In this document: one piece after another, positions 36,863 through 50,723 of the stretch
Position numbering within the stretch: position 1 is the stretch's first letter
Layout of the letters: the number at the start of each line of letters is the position of its first letter
Assembly (NCBI GenBank): GCA_951406725.2
Contig: OX597821.1
Span: 61,194,001-61,258,000 of the forward strand
Reading direction: 5' to 3'
Origin: Octopus vulgaris
Taxonomy: Eukaryota
DNA: 64,000 nucleotides
Made by a program: the position numbers and the translations under genes
Notes under the pieces: generated by a model
Databases searched by the model: none
What the model was told of the DNA's origin: nothing
The model's input: the letters and a program-made list of their open reading frames with translations, nothing else

Positions 36863-37310
36863 CAGGGTGCAGTGAATAAACTGTCGTCTAAATTATGCAA
36901 AAATGAAAATAACACTGACATCTCATTTTAACATATATTTAACCAACATTACATAAAAATATCTTGAAATTCTAAAGAGTAAATTTATTCAATAAAAACT
37001 GCCATTGGCTTCAACGATGGCCTCCAGACGACTTCGGAATCTCCTGCAACTCTTCTGGGCGGTCTCCTTGTTTAAGTTGTGAATGCTGCCATAATCCTTG
37101 CCTTCAGCTAATCTTTCGTGTTCCAAGGAGTTTTGTTGGTCTCTCGCTCAACTGCGACGCAAGTCACATAATAATCAAGAAGGTTACAGTCTGGGGAGTT
37201 AGGTGTTAGATGTGATGTGGTCGCAGAAATTGTTTGACAAATGTAACTGGGTTTTCCTGCTTCTGTGGCACGGTGCAGAGTCCTGTTACCTGACACAGGG
37301 TCTGACCCCA
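36863..37310 (-). mobile_element. 3' fragment of a Tc1/mariner-superfamily transposon (SPDxNxLDY type)
   Basis: TA|CAGGGTG end. Minus-strand PNSPDCNLLDYY..VERETNKTP..RFRSRLEAIVEANGSFIE*. Confidence 0.75.
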
Positions 37311-37778
37311 CTAAACTGTGTGGTCGACAAAATCAAAAGCAATCAATGCGCATGCGCGAATAAAAAATATAATGGCAACAATTTACCCGTCGCATCCTCC
37401 ATGTGTTTGTTTGAGTGCGGATGTGTGTGTGTGTTTTTGTGTTTTTGTGTGTGTATTTATCTATTTATATGAACGTATACGTATAAAAATATGTGTTTTT
37501 ATCTATGTGTATGTGCACAAGTGTATATCTCTCTCTATATATATGGTTGTGTATGTGTGAGCGCACGTGTGTATGTAAATGTGCATAACTGTCTACACAT
37601 TGTATATTTTACATGGCCTCCGCAGTTGTTTCGTTGCAGCATACTACTAAATATCGAGGGAATTCACTAAACAGCTTAATGATCTCATTTACATATATTT
37701 ATCTTCTAGCAGTACCACCACCACCAGCAACACCACCATCATCGTCGTGATCATCATCGTCGTCATCGTCATCATCAT

Positions 37779-37834
<56 letters not shown>

Positions 37835-38054
37835 CCACCAGTACCAACACACCGTCCTCATCAATATGTCGACAGTTCTATACATTTTCTACTCCGGTTT
37901 TTACTTTTCTCGTGAACACAATGTCAACTGTATCAGGTTTCACACTTCTTTTATGAATCGGTTTCCGACTATTTACGAAGTTGGTTGAATGCCATTGAAT
38001 GGAACCACTATTTTAATCAAACATATTTGGAACCTGTGCCGATATGAGTTTCAA

Positions 38055-38247
38055 ATTTTTGACACAAGGCCATCACCTTCTTTGAAAAAAGCGTTGATCA
38101 CATCAAGTGGTTCCTATTTTATCGACTCCGGTGGGATGGAACACAAAATAGAGCTCGGGGGAATTTAAACTCAGAGCATATTGGCAGACGAAACGCTGCT
38201 AAGCATTATGTCCCTTGCGGTAACGATTCTACAATTTCGCTGCCCTA
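38055..38247 (-). mobile_element. Family-A SINE, degenerate
   Basis: Same core and head, reverse strand. Confidence 0.6.
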
Positions 38248-38819
38248 ATCTGCCCCAATATTCTGAGCTCTTCATTCTAAGGAGCCTTACTCTGTTCCTT
38301 TTAGTAACCTCTAGATTTATTTGTGTTTGTATGTGATCAGTTATAAGTGTGCATGTACATATGTGTGTGTGTGTGTGTGTGTGTATGCGTTTGAATAAAC
38401 ACCTCCACTTTTCTATAAATATATACGATTTTTATGGTTTTATCACTCCCTGCAGCCGTTGATACGGATGCATACATAGCAATAGTTAAAATAATTTAAT
38501 CCTCAGCTTCATATTTTCACTTGAACCAGCAAATACTGATGCCTGCAATATATAGGAAAGCAAGGATACCAATAGAAATGATAAATGTAAAGCAGGATAA
38601 AGAAAACAGTTCTTATCTCTCTTATCGATCATTCTATTTGCTTCGCGTCCGAATTAGTGGTGCTGTCTGTGGAATTGATCGAAATCCTTCATTTCATTCA
38701 TGAACAGTGGTATATCATTAACATAAAGCGATCGTAGAACTACGAGGAATCCTTAATTTCTCAAAAAATTGTAACAAGTAAACGCAGACGGTAGGCACGT
38801 TTGATAGTTTAGGAATAAA

Positions 38820-39214
38820 TACATGGCTGTGTGGTAAGTAGCTTGCTTACCAACCACATGGTTCCGTTTCATTTCCGCAGCGTGACACCTTGGGCGAGTG
38901 TCTTCTACTATACGGTCGGGCCGACAAAAGCATTGTGAGTGGATTTGGTAGACGGAAACTGAAAGAAGCCTTTCGTATATATATATATATATGCATGTGT
39001 ATGTGTGTATATGCTTGTGTGTCTGTGTTTTTCCCTCCAACATCACTTGACAACCGATGCTGGTGTGCTTACGTCCCCATAACATAGCGGTTCGGCAAAA
39101 GAGACCGATATAATAAGTACTAGGCTTACAAAGAATAAGCTCTGCGGTCGCTTTGCTCGACTAAAGGTGGCGCTCCAGCATGGCCGCATTCAAATGATTG
39201 AAACGAGTAAAAGA
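38820..39214 (+). mobile_element. tRNA-derived SINE (family B) with an internal microsatellite and CR1-like 3' tail
   Basis: TGGCTGTGTGGTAAG A box; CORE-like gacaccttgggcgagtgtctt; tail ggtggcgctccagcatggccgca..gaaac. Confidence 0.8.
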
Positions 39215-39323
39215 ATGCGTGCGGGTTGTACTTATCTACTTATTCTTGTATATGTGTACCTTCTCTAATATTCATATTTGCACTTTATATCTTCCCTTTA
39301 TACCTCTATAATTGTACTTTATA

Positions 39324-39452
39324 ATCTCTGACGAGACCTTGGGATATATATATATAAGTAACACATTTATAACCGCATATTACCTTAATACATCTGACTA
39401 ATATGAGCATAATGAGGTACTCTTATCTACATGGCTGAAACAGCTGTAAGAT
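39324..39452 (+). ncRNA. Type-I hammerhead-like motif with intact core, palindromic stem III and enlarged stem II
   Basis: ATCT-CTGACGA-G..(~100 nt)..T-GAAAC-AGCT-GTA-AGAT. Confidence 0.6.
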
Positions 39453-39959
39453 CCATTTTATATTTATATGTATTGTTCGTATGGTATTATATTACTCATT
39501 GATGTGTACTGCTTTATTCTGTATTATTCTGTTTGATCTGGTTGTTCCTAAATAATTAGTTAATAAATTATAGGAATTGATATTATCTAGTAGTTGTTGA
39601 TTGATTAAAATCTATTCCTCCATTTTCTTATTTTGTATTATGAATTTGAGGTAAAACATTTTACCTTCGCCCATATAATACAATAAATGAATTAATTGCA
39701 TTGCAATTCTTAGCATTTATGTATTAGCCTTTCTGGGTACTTTACTGGCAATATATTGGATAAATGTTATCCCATAGTGGGTTACACTCGCAACCCCTAT
39801 CTCACTTTGTATATATATATATATATTGAGCTGTTTGTGTTTAGATGCATTTAAATTTACAACTAGACTCAAATACCCTCACACCACACGCAGATATATC
39901 TATCTTTCAGCTGTCTAAGTAAAGTCAGGAGTGCAGGAGCGTGTTTATGTCTGTCTGTG

Positions 39960-40118
39960 TGTATCTATGTATGCATGCGTGTATGTATGTATGTATGTAT
40001 GAATGTATGTATGTATGCATATATGCATCAGTCTACCTACCTACCTACCTACCTACCTACCTACCTACCTACCTACCTACCTACCTACCTACCTACCTAT
40101 CCATCCATCCATCCATCC

Positions 40119-40198
<80 letters not shown>

Positions 40199-40599
40199 AT
40201 TTCCCTTTCTTTTTTTTTTCTTTTATTCTTTTTATTTTTTATTCAATTTTTTTTGTTCTTTTCTTCCCTTTTACGATCCCTCTTGATCGAAAACCTACGC
40301 CACCCCCTTTTTTTTCATCCCCCAAAAGAAAAGCTCTACCATCTGTGTGCAGCCCTGTATGGCCAATAAAGAAACTTATCTATCTATCTATCTATCTATC
40401 TTTTTATCTATTTATCTATCCATCCATTTATCTATCTATTAGTCTGCCTGTTTGCCTGTCTGTCTGTATGTCTCTCTCTCACGCTTTCTCTATCTGTCTA
40501 TGTATGTATGTATGTATCTATCTATCTATCATTCTATCTACGCATCCATATCTGTCTCATTATCTGTCTGTCTATCTATCTACCTATCTATCTATCTAC

Positions 40600-40679
<80 letters not shown>

Positions 40680-40680
40680 A
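39960..40680. repeat. Compound (TATG)/(CCTA)/(CCAT)/(CTAT)n microsatellites
   Basis: Direct inspection. Confidence 0.9.
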
Positions 40681-40913
40681 TGTTTGACTAATCATAATGA
40701 CTAGGAATCGATTTAACCATCAGATCATTCGATGAAGCTGATATGCACGTAGTTTTTGTTTTTTTAATATTTTAGGCTTAATACAGAAGTGATCCGGGAC
40801 ATTGGAGCCAAATTGAGGAAATCGAACCATCCGTAACTAATATAACTAATAAAAATAAACAACTGTCAGCGAACACGCAAACCTCTCCCTTGTTCTATAA
40901 TCTTAAGAACCAT

Positions 40914-41134
40914 TACGAGTGGGTGTTAAAAAGTTCCTGGCTTTGGATAAAAGAAAATCCAGGAGGATCACCTAATTATGATTTTACTCAACATATTCCC
41001 CTTCCAGATTCACAAACTTATTCCAGCACTCCTTCAGTTTTCCTAAGCCATGTAAAAGATCTCGGAAACTTTGCGTCACAATTAATCCTTTCGTGATACC
41101 CTTAAATCCAGGAACCCTTCTGTATCCCCTGCTA
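40914..41134. mobile_element. Mariner-type MITE remnant
   Basis: TA-CGAGTGGGTGTTAAAAAGTTCCTGGCTTT versus inverted aaatccaggaacccttctgtatcccctgc-ta. Confidence 0.5.
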
Positions 41135-41786
41135 TGTTTGCCCTCTTAAATTTACAGGTGCTTACTGAAATTAATTATAAAATACATGATACGCTCCACC
41201 TATGTATATAGAGATGTTCAGGAAAAAATATTTCACTACATGACTCTTCAAATATGGAATTTAAATAATAGTAATAAATTCTAAGGTACGCGTCCCCCTT
41301 CACTAATATCTCTAGAGGTGTAAGCGTGACCTGTTTACTTGATAGATAGTTACGGCATCCTATTACAGCCTTTTGAATTTTGGGACCCTGCTATCAGTAT
41401 CTATTAAGAATTTTCTTCTAACAATTCATCTAATATATTTTTTTCCACGTTGATGGTTTTGAAATTTACTGGAATAAGGTCATAATATACAAAATAAATC
41501 ACTCATCTCCCAAAGAAATTTCATCTTCCCTGAAAATATCAAATTCATTTGCATAAGGAATAGAGTACTGCATTACATGTTCAGGATATAATAATTGAAC
41601 AGATGAATGAATGGCCTATTTTTTAGGCGTAAGTTGACTCCAATAAAAGCACCGGTGATTAATCTTATTTTGATATATTCAGGAATAAATATTTTTACAT
41701 ACTTGCTTTCAAACTTTCGTTGCTTGAAAAATATCTATCACATTAAACCTAGACATAAGCTTCAAAACGACTAACACGTTCTTCTG

Positions 41787-41851
<65 letters not shown>

Positions 41852-41940
41852 ACACACAGACATACACACACACACATAAATATTCGCGCATGTGTGTATG
41901 CATATATATGTGTGTGTATGTGTATTTACAAGAGTACATA

Positions 41941-41987
<47 letters not shown>

Positions 41988-42025
41988 AGTGTGTATGTAT
42001 GTATATATATATATATATATATATA

Positions 42026-42403
42026 ACCCAACAGGAGAACGGGGCGCCACTGCATGTTGCCAAAGATCCCAACATCATCATCAAAATACAGGACCAGATA
42101 CTGCAACAGCTTGGGTTTCAGAAAGCACAGCTAGAGTTCTTCAATATCCTTCCTAAATGTCTGAGATACCTGCATGGTGTGGATGTGGATTTCTTTAAAA
42201 CTAAACTCGATCTCTTCTTGTCAGGGGTTCCAGATGAACCTACCTCTCGGCAAGAAACACAGATGCGGGCAGCGGCGTAGAACTCCCTTCTTGACCAAGT
42301 GCCACGTATCAGAGGTGGTTTGATATACTAGTGTAGCACAGTCAACGGTGGTGCCCCAGCATGGCCGCAGCTTTTAGGGCTGAAACATTTTAAAAGATTT
42401 AAG
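42026..42403 (+). mobile_element. 3' fragment of a second CR1-like LINE
   Basis: FNILPKCLR..FKTKLDLFLSGVPDEP..NSLLD parallels FNITPKHIK..FKKSLDRFLQEIPDKP..NSLLE at the end of the 2950 ORF. Confidence 0.8.
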
Positions 42404-43143
42404 GATATATATATCTATCTACCTATGTGTATGTACACAAATACACACACATGTTTATATACAAGAATGTGTACTCATAGGTATTGATATACTCATAGGT
42501 ACACTCATGTACACTCTCGCAAACATACGCGCATACATCATAGAAATTGGAATGTAAAGATCTTGCTAGTGGTTTGGTTCTGTAAGACTCCATATTAATT
42601 CAGAAAATTTGCAAGATGGAATATATTGAAATTTCCACGAGGAGTAGAATGTTTCTAACAGAGCTTCTTTTGGAGGTTTAGATGACAGGTGAGTAAGATG
42701 AAAAGCATCAGAATTTTACATCCCCTGTTCTTACGTGACAGCCTGCAGCCAACGGGAACTAAATTGCATCGTTGATGTTGTAGACTCAGAAAGGCTATAG
42801 TATGAGAGATAAAATACGTGTATAGTACTAGAAAGAAAGAGTAAGGGAAAGAAGAGAAGGTACTGAATATCAGGCTGAAGGAAATCTTAATGTGAGAGTT
42901 GACCTGAAGTATAACATTGGATTTGTGAATAACTGGGAAAAAAACCCCCAAAAAAACTTTCATTTAAACCCGTCGGTACATTGTTTCAAATTTGAATAGA
43001 GTATATATATCGCTTGTGTCCTTTTGTTGCTAATGTCATCTTGAACCTAGAGAGGGGCTCTATCCGTAACACTGGCTACTCTTCTGATCCCCACGACAAC
43101 TTCATTGTAACTTTTTAATCGCCTCTCTTTCTGTGTGTTTGTG

Positions 43144-43209
43144 TGTGTGTTTCCTGAGTTCCTATCGAAATAACATTGTGTGTTTCCTGAGCTCCTATCG
43201 AAATAACAT
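43144..43209. repeat. 2 x 33-bp tandem duplication
   Basis: tgtgtgtttcctgag(t/c)tcctatcgaaataacat twice. Confidence 0.9.
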
Positions 43210-46191
43210 TCCAAACTTATATGGATCAGTGACTCTGATTTATTTACTAGATTTAGAAATCTATTTTGGCTTAAGAGCGACTGTTTTAGAAGTATCACAC
43301 CTTTAAATAAATGCGTTACATTGCTAGCCTCTTTGATGGATTAAATGGGTTTTCCTTCTGAAGTTATTTCCTAATCGTGATATGTTGTTACTTAAAGTTT
43401 GGTTTCGTTTCCAAAACAACCTTATGTTTTTAAGACTTTTATGTCTGAAATGTTCCTTTATTTTGCGAAGAGAATAGCGGTACGGATTTAAAAGATATAG
43501 GTGTATGGAATAAAAGTTTTGAATTGCCTTGAGACAAAGTAATATCCTCTTGGAAAATATACCAGCAATGTTTTCAGCAATATCTCCATGATACCCTAAC
43601 CACACATCAAATGAAAATTGATTTTTCCCTGGTGGCTTGATTGCTTACAATGTAATATAAGCTTTACTTTCTTGCATCCATCTTTGTTACAACGAAGTGT
43701 TTTGCATATAAAATCTGTTTAGCTTCATCATGCGCTACGTCAGCTTCTTAGGAAAGGATCTTTATGTTAGTGATATTACATATTGGATTGCTATAGAAGT
43801 ACAAGGTTTGAAATGCAGTCTGTTTAGTTGATCATAAAGATGTGGTCCTAAATTTGGCTTCAAACTTAATGTGATCAGGAAGAAATGCAAAAAATCATAA
43901 AATTAAGTTACAACTATAACTTTCGCAGGAAAGACATTACAATGCAAAAACGCAATTCCTATATATCGTTCGATAACGATTTAAGAATTTTCAATCAAAT
44001 ATTTTTCGTGTGTTCTCGCAAATACTCTGTCTGATAAAAAGATAGATTATGATTGCATGGAAAATATTCTCAAGAAATAAAAATTAACAATGGCAAAATG
44101 TCAAAATAAAACTTGAAATAAATGATCATTCTCGTTTGGTATAGCCATTGGCTGCTTATATTAAATGGTTGAACAACAAGCTGATATTGAACCAGTCAAT
44201 TAGCTGGAGACTCTATTATTCCACTCGATAAATATAAAGAAAAAAAGGCGATTCTTCATAGATTAGATGAAGGTCAAAGATTGGTTTAAATTAAAGCTAT
44301 AAATAAAATATAAATGACAGGATGAATTATGTCTGCTGTTGACGTTTCATAATGATTCAATCAATGATTTATCGATAATTTAAACTGATACACACGAAAC
44401 AGAATTAAATTGTTCTTATTATATGAAACGAGTAGCTTAATATATATGCTACCAAATTTTAGACCTATTTTTCATCCGAAGTACAAAGGATATTGTCTTT
44501 AATATATTTCAAAAGCAAATGAATATGAAAATATTCCTTCATTCAATCAATGGGGAAAAGCATTTCATCTAGAAACTAATATATTTTTAATATATTTTAT
44601 CAATCAGTTTCGCAAATGCAGTCATTGATGTCAAAATGGAGTCCCCTCATAGATAAGCAATATTAATAATTCCTAATACGAATATTGAAAGCATTTATAG
44701 AAAATAACTGGCACCTGTTTCGTATGCATTTGGGAATGGCATGAACGCCTCAAAACTAATTCAGCGCTCTAATAATTATTATATGTAAATACAAAATCTG
44801 CTCGATTTCGTTGAATATACAAGATTATATAATGTATTTGATACTTGATGTAATCATGCTTTGCTGGATTCAAATAAAATATTACGTAACAGATATGTTA
44901 CTAGTTGTTATACTATCAGCTGTTTTTGGACAGTGAACCACCACAGTAAACGTAATAAAACACCTAAGTCTACTGTTTACTACAATCGCCCTAAGTTTTT
45001 GTTGTTACAGTCACGCTCTCAGAAGTATGCGACTTAAGTGTCTAGGATAAGAAATGCAAATGTCAAATTAATATCTAGGAATTAACAACATAAGGAAAAA
45101 TATCGTTGAAAAGAATAGAAACCGTCATATGAGTTCATTGGAAGGAATTTCGAGAATCATTTCAGATTTACAACAGGAATAATAATTATAGATTTTGTGA
45201 CAGTTATTGAATTCACATTTTAAATTTGTCTATAAAGTTTCATAAGAAATATGTATGTAGGCTGTGATATGAGGCATAACTAATGTTTTTACCGTTTCAT
45301 TCTTCCCAAAAGACGATATATATGATATTCCCAAGTGAAATCAATTACAATTAGTAACCAATAGAGGGTAAGAAGTTCTTTGACAACTAAGGAGAAATGA
45401 TAAATGCTGTTATATACTTTAATCTGATTCGCACATACTACACTATATTGAAGATGACATCAGTAGGTGTTGCGTGTGAGTATTTCCATAATATATAATT
45501 ATAAGTGAATGCTATATTCAGGAGTGTGAGAGAGAGAATGCCTTGTATTTATTCGAAGCTACATTGGTAGGAATAACGTTCAAATTATTTCATATTATTT
45601 CTTGGCGTCTGGATACGTACATTTTAAATTAACAACTCTATTATTTTCTTGAAGCTAATTTACCTCTTCGCACTACATAGTCTATAATCGAATGAATAAG
45701 CAAGCAATTTTTTCGGTGGCCATTTTCAATTACTTAGTTAAAGAAGATGTTATATTGCATTTTCTGACGTTATAAGTCTAACGAAGACATTGGTAATTCA
45801 GCGTGAATTACTGCAGGTAGCAAGCTGCGAATATTATTTGTGCAACGTAAGAGAAGAACTATTTGAATATATAGATTATAGATTTGTGCGACCCAATGGC
45901 ATGCGGAGAGGATTAGTGATGCTATATTGAGGAAGCATGAGCGCCTATCGTTCACAGCTAGCTATTTCAGAAGATGGGGTAAGTAATAGAAATAACAGCC
46001 TTAGAAGATCTAAGAATCAGGTATGAATATAAAGACAATCAGCAAGATATATAAATATGGTTACACATCTTATTTCACACTTATCTATACATTTTTGATA
46101 ACATTTAATGTATCCGCAGAATGAACATCTATCATATCTGTTCATCTTGTTAGCATTCTGTTAACTCTTTATTTTATATAGTACGAATAAA

Positions 46192-46255
46192 AATAACCGT
46201 TCAGTCAAATAACCGTTCAGTCATATAACCGTTCAGTCAAATAACCGTTCAGTCA
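46192..46255. repeat. 4 x 16-bp tandem repeat
   Basis: (a/t)ataaccgttcagtca x4. Confidence 0.9.
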
Positions 46256-47932
46256 AATATGATGAATATGAAGGAATTAGATGAATTAGACAAAATGAAG
46301 AAACATCATTTTTAAATTACTGTCTTCTTAATATAGGAAAATAATTTATTTCCTCATCAGCTTTTTAAAATTCAAACATCTCATCGTTTGTAAATACTTT
46401 CCTTTCACAAGGACTGTTATGTATTTTTATGATGAGAATCTATTGGAAAGCTTGCTATCAGAATAGTGACATATAACTAAAATATCCTGTCTTAAGGATA
46501 AATCATATGATAAATACAAGAGTAAAGTTCACACGACATACTAAGGAAATCACGATAACGTTACGATAACATCAAAAGACCGAACAACACATCAATGGAG
46601 GTGATATCAAATCATTTGAACTTTGCAAGATTATCCTAATAATTCATATTTGCGACGTTTTCTTTCAAGGTTGAAATCTAAAAGTAATTAAAAGTTTCGT
46701 TGACCCCGAAATCACATTAATAAATTGCTGCCTTCAACCAAATAATGGTAAGTAGGTATAAATGTAATATTTAGGAGTTTAGCTCCTATTAGGCAATCCT
46801 TTGTTATTAAGATGTTAGCAGATGTAGAATATAAAATAAAAGCTTTTGGGTAAATTTAAAGTCGAAAATCACCTGATCTAGAATTAATAGCATTAATTTG
46901 GTACGGTAGATAAAAGTAGAACGCTTAAGAATGCGCTGATGGATGACATCAATTCGATTTCGTATTGCAATGATTGCCACGGATTAATACGTGTAACACA
47001 AGCTGCAGCTTCCTGGGAAGCTTAGCCAACGAGGGAAGATCTGTGACGTCGCTCAAACTGCTAGGCAAAACATACAAAACTTAGTTAAATAGTGCCTAAC
47101 AGTCTTAAAAAGTAGAAGTATGTTTGATAATAAATTACAAAGACGGTCTACCATACAAATAATCAACAATTTACATTGAATTTTCGTATATGTCAGAATA
47201 GAAGCCGTTATGTTACTGATGTGTGATATAAACGTTTGGAATTGGAATTTTTAAAAATGTGTATTAATCATCTTAACTGAAGTAAACGTATATAAACTAA
47301 GATTTTAAATTATTCAGTTCAAAATATACTTTAATTGCTATCTGATTTACATACAGAATACCTTCCAAAATTTCTCAGCTTGAAATACAACTTGGGCCAT
47401 GAAGGAATACAAAAACACAGATTTAATACCAGTTTCAACATTTCATTTTAAATTCCTTTTCTTTATAATCCAAGACCGGTTTATAATTCATTTTCCCAAG
47501 TTTCACAACCGTCCCAAGCACCTATACCACATTACAAGGCTTCTATCAATACCTTTATAGTATTACCTCTTGAAATGCTCCGACACTTTTAATTTGTTAT
47601 GAGGTGGGGTGAAATATCAATATCATTCTTGTGTCTTGGTTGGTGTTACATACGTATAGAAGTAGTTTCTCTATTTCCTTGACAGATCTCAAAATTACTT
47701 GATTGCATTTAATCGACCAGTTTTTTCATTATATTTGCCCCACATTTACTCATTGTATTATATACTGAGAAATAATAAAATATATTCAAACCATACTTTC
47801 AATTTTCTAAAGAAATTGGTGGGTCATTGAATTATTTTCTTCGTGAGATTGAATGCCCAGGTTGACTTCCTTATATGGCATTTTTTCTTAGATTGGCAGG
47901 CAGAACAGTCTATAATATTCAGCGATCAGAAA

Positions 47933-48362
47933 GGCGGCGAGCTGGCAGAAACGTTAGCACGCCGGACGAAATGCTTAGCAGTATTTCGTCTACCGTTACG
48001 TCCTGAGTTCAAATTCCGCCGAGGTTGACTTTGCCTTTCGTCCTTTCGGGGTCGATAAATTAAGTGCCAGTTACGCACTGGGTTCGATATAATCGACTTA
48101 ATCCGTTTGTCTGTCTTTGTTTGTCCTCTCTGTGTTTAGCTCCTTGTGAGTAGTAAAGAAATAAAAAACGTTAGCACGCTGGGCGAAATGCGTAGCCGTA
48201 TTTCGTCTGCCGTTACGTTCTGAGTTCAAATTCCGCCGAGGTCGACTTTGCCTTTCATCAGTTTGGGGTCGATAAATGAAATACCAGTTGCGTAATGAGT
48301 CGATGTAATCGGCTAGCCTCCTCCCTCAAACTTTCGGCCTTGTGGCTAGAGTAGAAAAGAAT
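47933..48362 (+). mobile_element. Head-to-tail dimer of family-A SINE (tRNA head plus Nin/Deu-like core)
   Basis: A box GCTGGCAGAAACGTTAG, B box GTTCAAATTCC, core GCCTTTCRTCCTTTCGGGGTCGATAAA. Second unit starts at ~48166. Confidence 0.85.
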
Positions 48363-48469
48363 AGTCAACGACCAGTTGATTTGTAGATATTTTGAATATA
48401 TCGCTGAGAAATATTATTTTTCATTTCCCTATTGAAGCAGCTTACAAAATTCTCCATATTGAACTTTCA

Positions 48470-48770
48470 GTTAAGGCACCTGAATTAGTGGGGCAGGTAC
48501 TCGGCTCACGTTCATTCGATTGCCGGCAGCGCGTTGTGTCCTTGAGTAAGACACTTTATTTCACGTTAATCCAGTCCACCTAGCTGGCAAAAATGAGTGG
48601 ATTTCAAAAGTCCAACCTTGTAACATTCTGTGTCATGGTGAGAACTACGTTAAGGGTGCGTGTGTCCTTGGAGTACACAGCCATTTGCATGTTAATTACA
48701 CGACCTAGCTGTTCAGTTGATCGGATTAACAGGAAACCTCGTCGTCGTAAGCGACAGACTACGAGACTGA
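48470..48770 (+). mobile_element. tRNA-derived SINE with CORE-like segment
   Basis: gcgttgtgtccttgagtaagacactttatttcacgtt..; paralog at 49275-49565. Confidence 0.7.
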
Positions 48771-49274
48771 GTTAAATTTTCGAATAGGATCAGGAATTCC
48801 GAAAGTACTTAAAAAGCTACTGACTTGGCAGTATTGAGTTAAAATACATAAAAGTTGTAAGAAATTGGGGATGCAATGTATATTCATACATTAACCAAAA
48901 AGAACTTTTCATAACTTTCAGAAACTAATCAGAAACTCGTTTCCACTGTAATGAAGTATTATGAATAGTTAATTGCACAAACAACAGCTGAATTTCTTCA
49001 TAGTGAGCTAAGCGATGAACGGTAAATCATTAGCATTAATTGATGATTCTTTCTTCTTACCATGTTCAATCAAATACAACACAACTCTCAAGGAAACTTT
49101 AAGGGTTAAAGCAATCTTGGAGAAAAATGAAGCCACATATCATGAAAACACATCCATAATTACACTGTGGAATTCAGCTTCAATTCCTTCACATTTGTAA
49201 TATTTTTCGTCGTGTATTTATGATAATGTATTTGAGTAACGTGATACGTCTCAATATGGATTTTCGTATCGCCT

Positions 49275-49565
49275 ATAGGAGTGTTCGGCTCACGACCGAA
49301 AGGTCGTGATTTCGATTCCCGGCGGTGCGTTGTGTCTATGAGTAAGATAATTTATTTCTCGTTGCTCCTGTCCATCTGGCAAAGATGAGAAGTACCTGTA
49401 TATCAAAGGGTCGGCCTTGTCAAACTGTGTCACTCTGAATTTCCCTGAGAAACACGATAAGAACCACGTGTTTGTGGAGTGCTTGCCACTTTTACCTTAA
49501 TTTCACGACGTGGCTGTACCGTTGGTCGGATTAACTGGACCCTCGTCTTCATAACCGACGAACTG
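49275..49565 (+). mobile_element. tRNA-derived SINE, paralog of 48470
   Basis: Colinear similarity with 48470-48770. Confidence 0.7.
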
Positions 49566-50463
49566 CCAGCTACACACACTCACCCCCCGCCATACACCCA
49601 CACCACACGCACGCACACACATACACATATATTTACATGCGTACACATATTTGGGCCATTTATCTGTATGCATTTATAAAACAGCTAAACTACTTTTAAG
49701 ACTACTTGCAAAACAAAATATTCTTAGATGAGTGAATAAAGAAACAGTTTTATATATGACTTTTATATAAATGATTTTACCTAAGATAAGATAGCAACAA
49801 GATCAAAAGGTATAAACATATTAAATCCTAATACGATTGCTATAATATAAAGTCTGTGAAATAGAAAGTGATGATTGAAGAAAAGACAACATAAGGCATT
49901 GATTCTTCTTTAATGTTTAAAGAATGTTTAGCTCGTAACAAGATTTCATTTCTTTGAATGGTAGAATAATCACGTAGGTATATCAACCAATTGAATTAAT
50001 TCCAGAGTGTTCGGTCAAATTTATACTTCCAGTGCTGCAATAAAATAATTAATGTTAGAGTAATTTATTCCGTTGCAAATCACATTTTACATAATTGGAT
50101 TTAGGACACTAATTCAGCCTTAATATATGTTTTCCTGATACATTCATTGAAGGTTTGATATTATATCGGTGTCTCATCAGCTACCACTCTGTTATTTTTA
50201 TGTATAGGTCAGTGATCACACATTAAGTGAAGCTGCGAGCTGATGATAATTTATCTGAAACGATGATTATAATAATAACTTCACTTATATATCATATTGT
50301 CGCAAGAACAATATATCGAACAAAAAATGCACAAGATATTTTGAACTGGACGATTAATGGAATTTGGTAGAGGAAAAACCTTATTAATCTGTCATATATA
50401 AATACATATATATATACACAAATGCACATACACACACATGCATATATACGTTGTGTATATTAC

Positions 50464-50503
<40 letters not shown>

Positions 50504-50723
50504 CATATATGTATATATGCGTCTATATATAACTACATCTCCTGATCAGAGATGCACATATCATCAGCCATTAAGGGACGTGCTCAATTGGATATGGTCA
50601 AGGAACTGACAAGGGAATCTGTGAGATTGAGCAGAACATTTCTTGTGGCCAATCTTTTACATCGAGACAAAACATCTACTTGATAAAACTTCCAAACATG
50701 ATAAAAGTTCAAAACTTGTAAGA

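Noticed and set aside
46192-46255. CRISPR-like array (also considered 43144-43209 and 20008-20060)
   Set aside because: Direct tandem repeats with no spacers, no cas genes, eukaryotic context.
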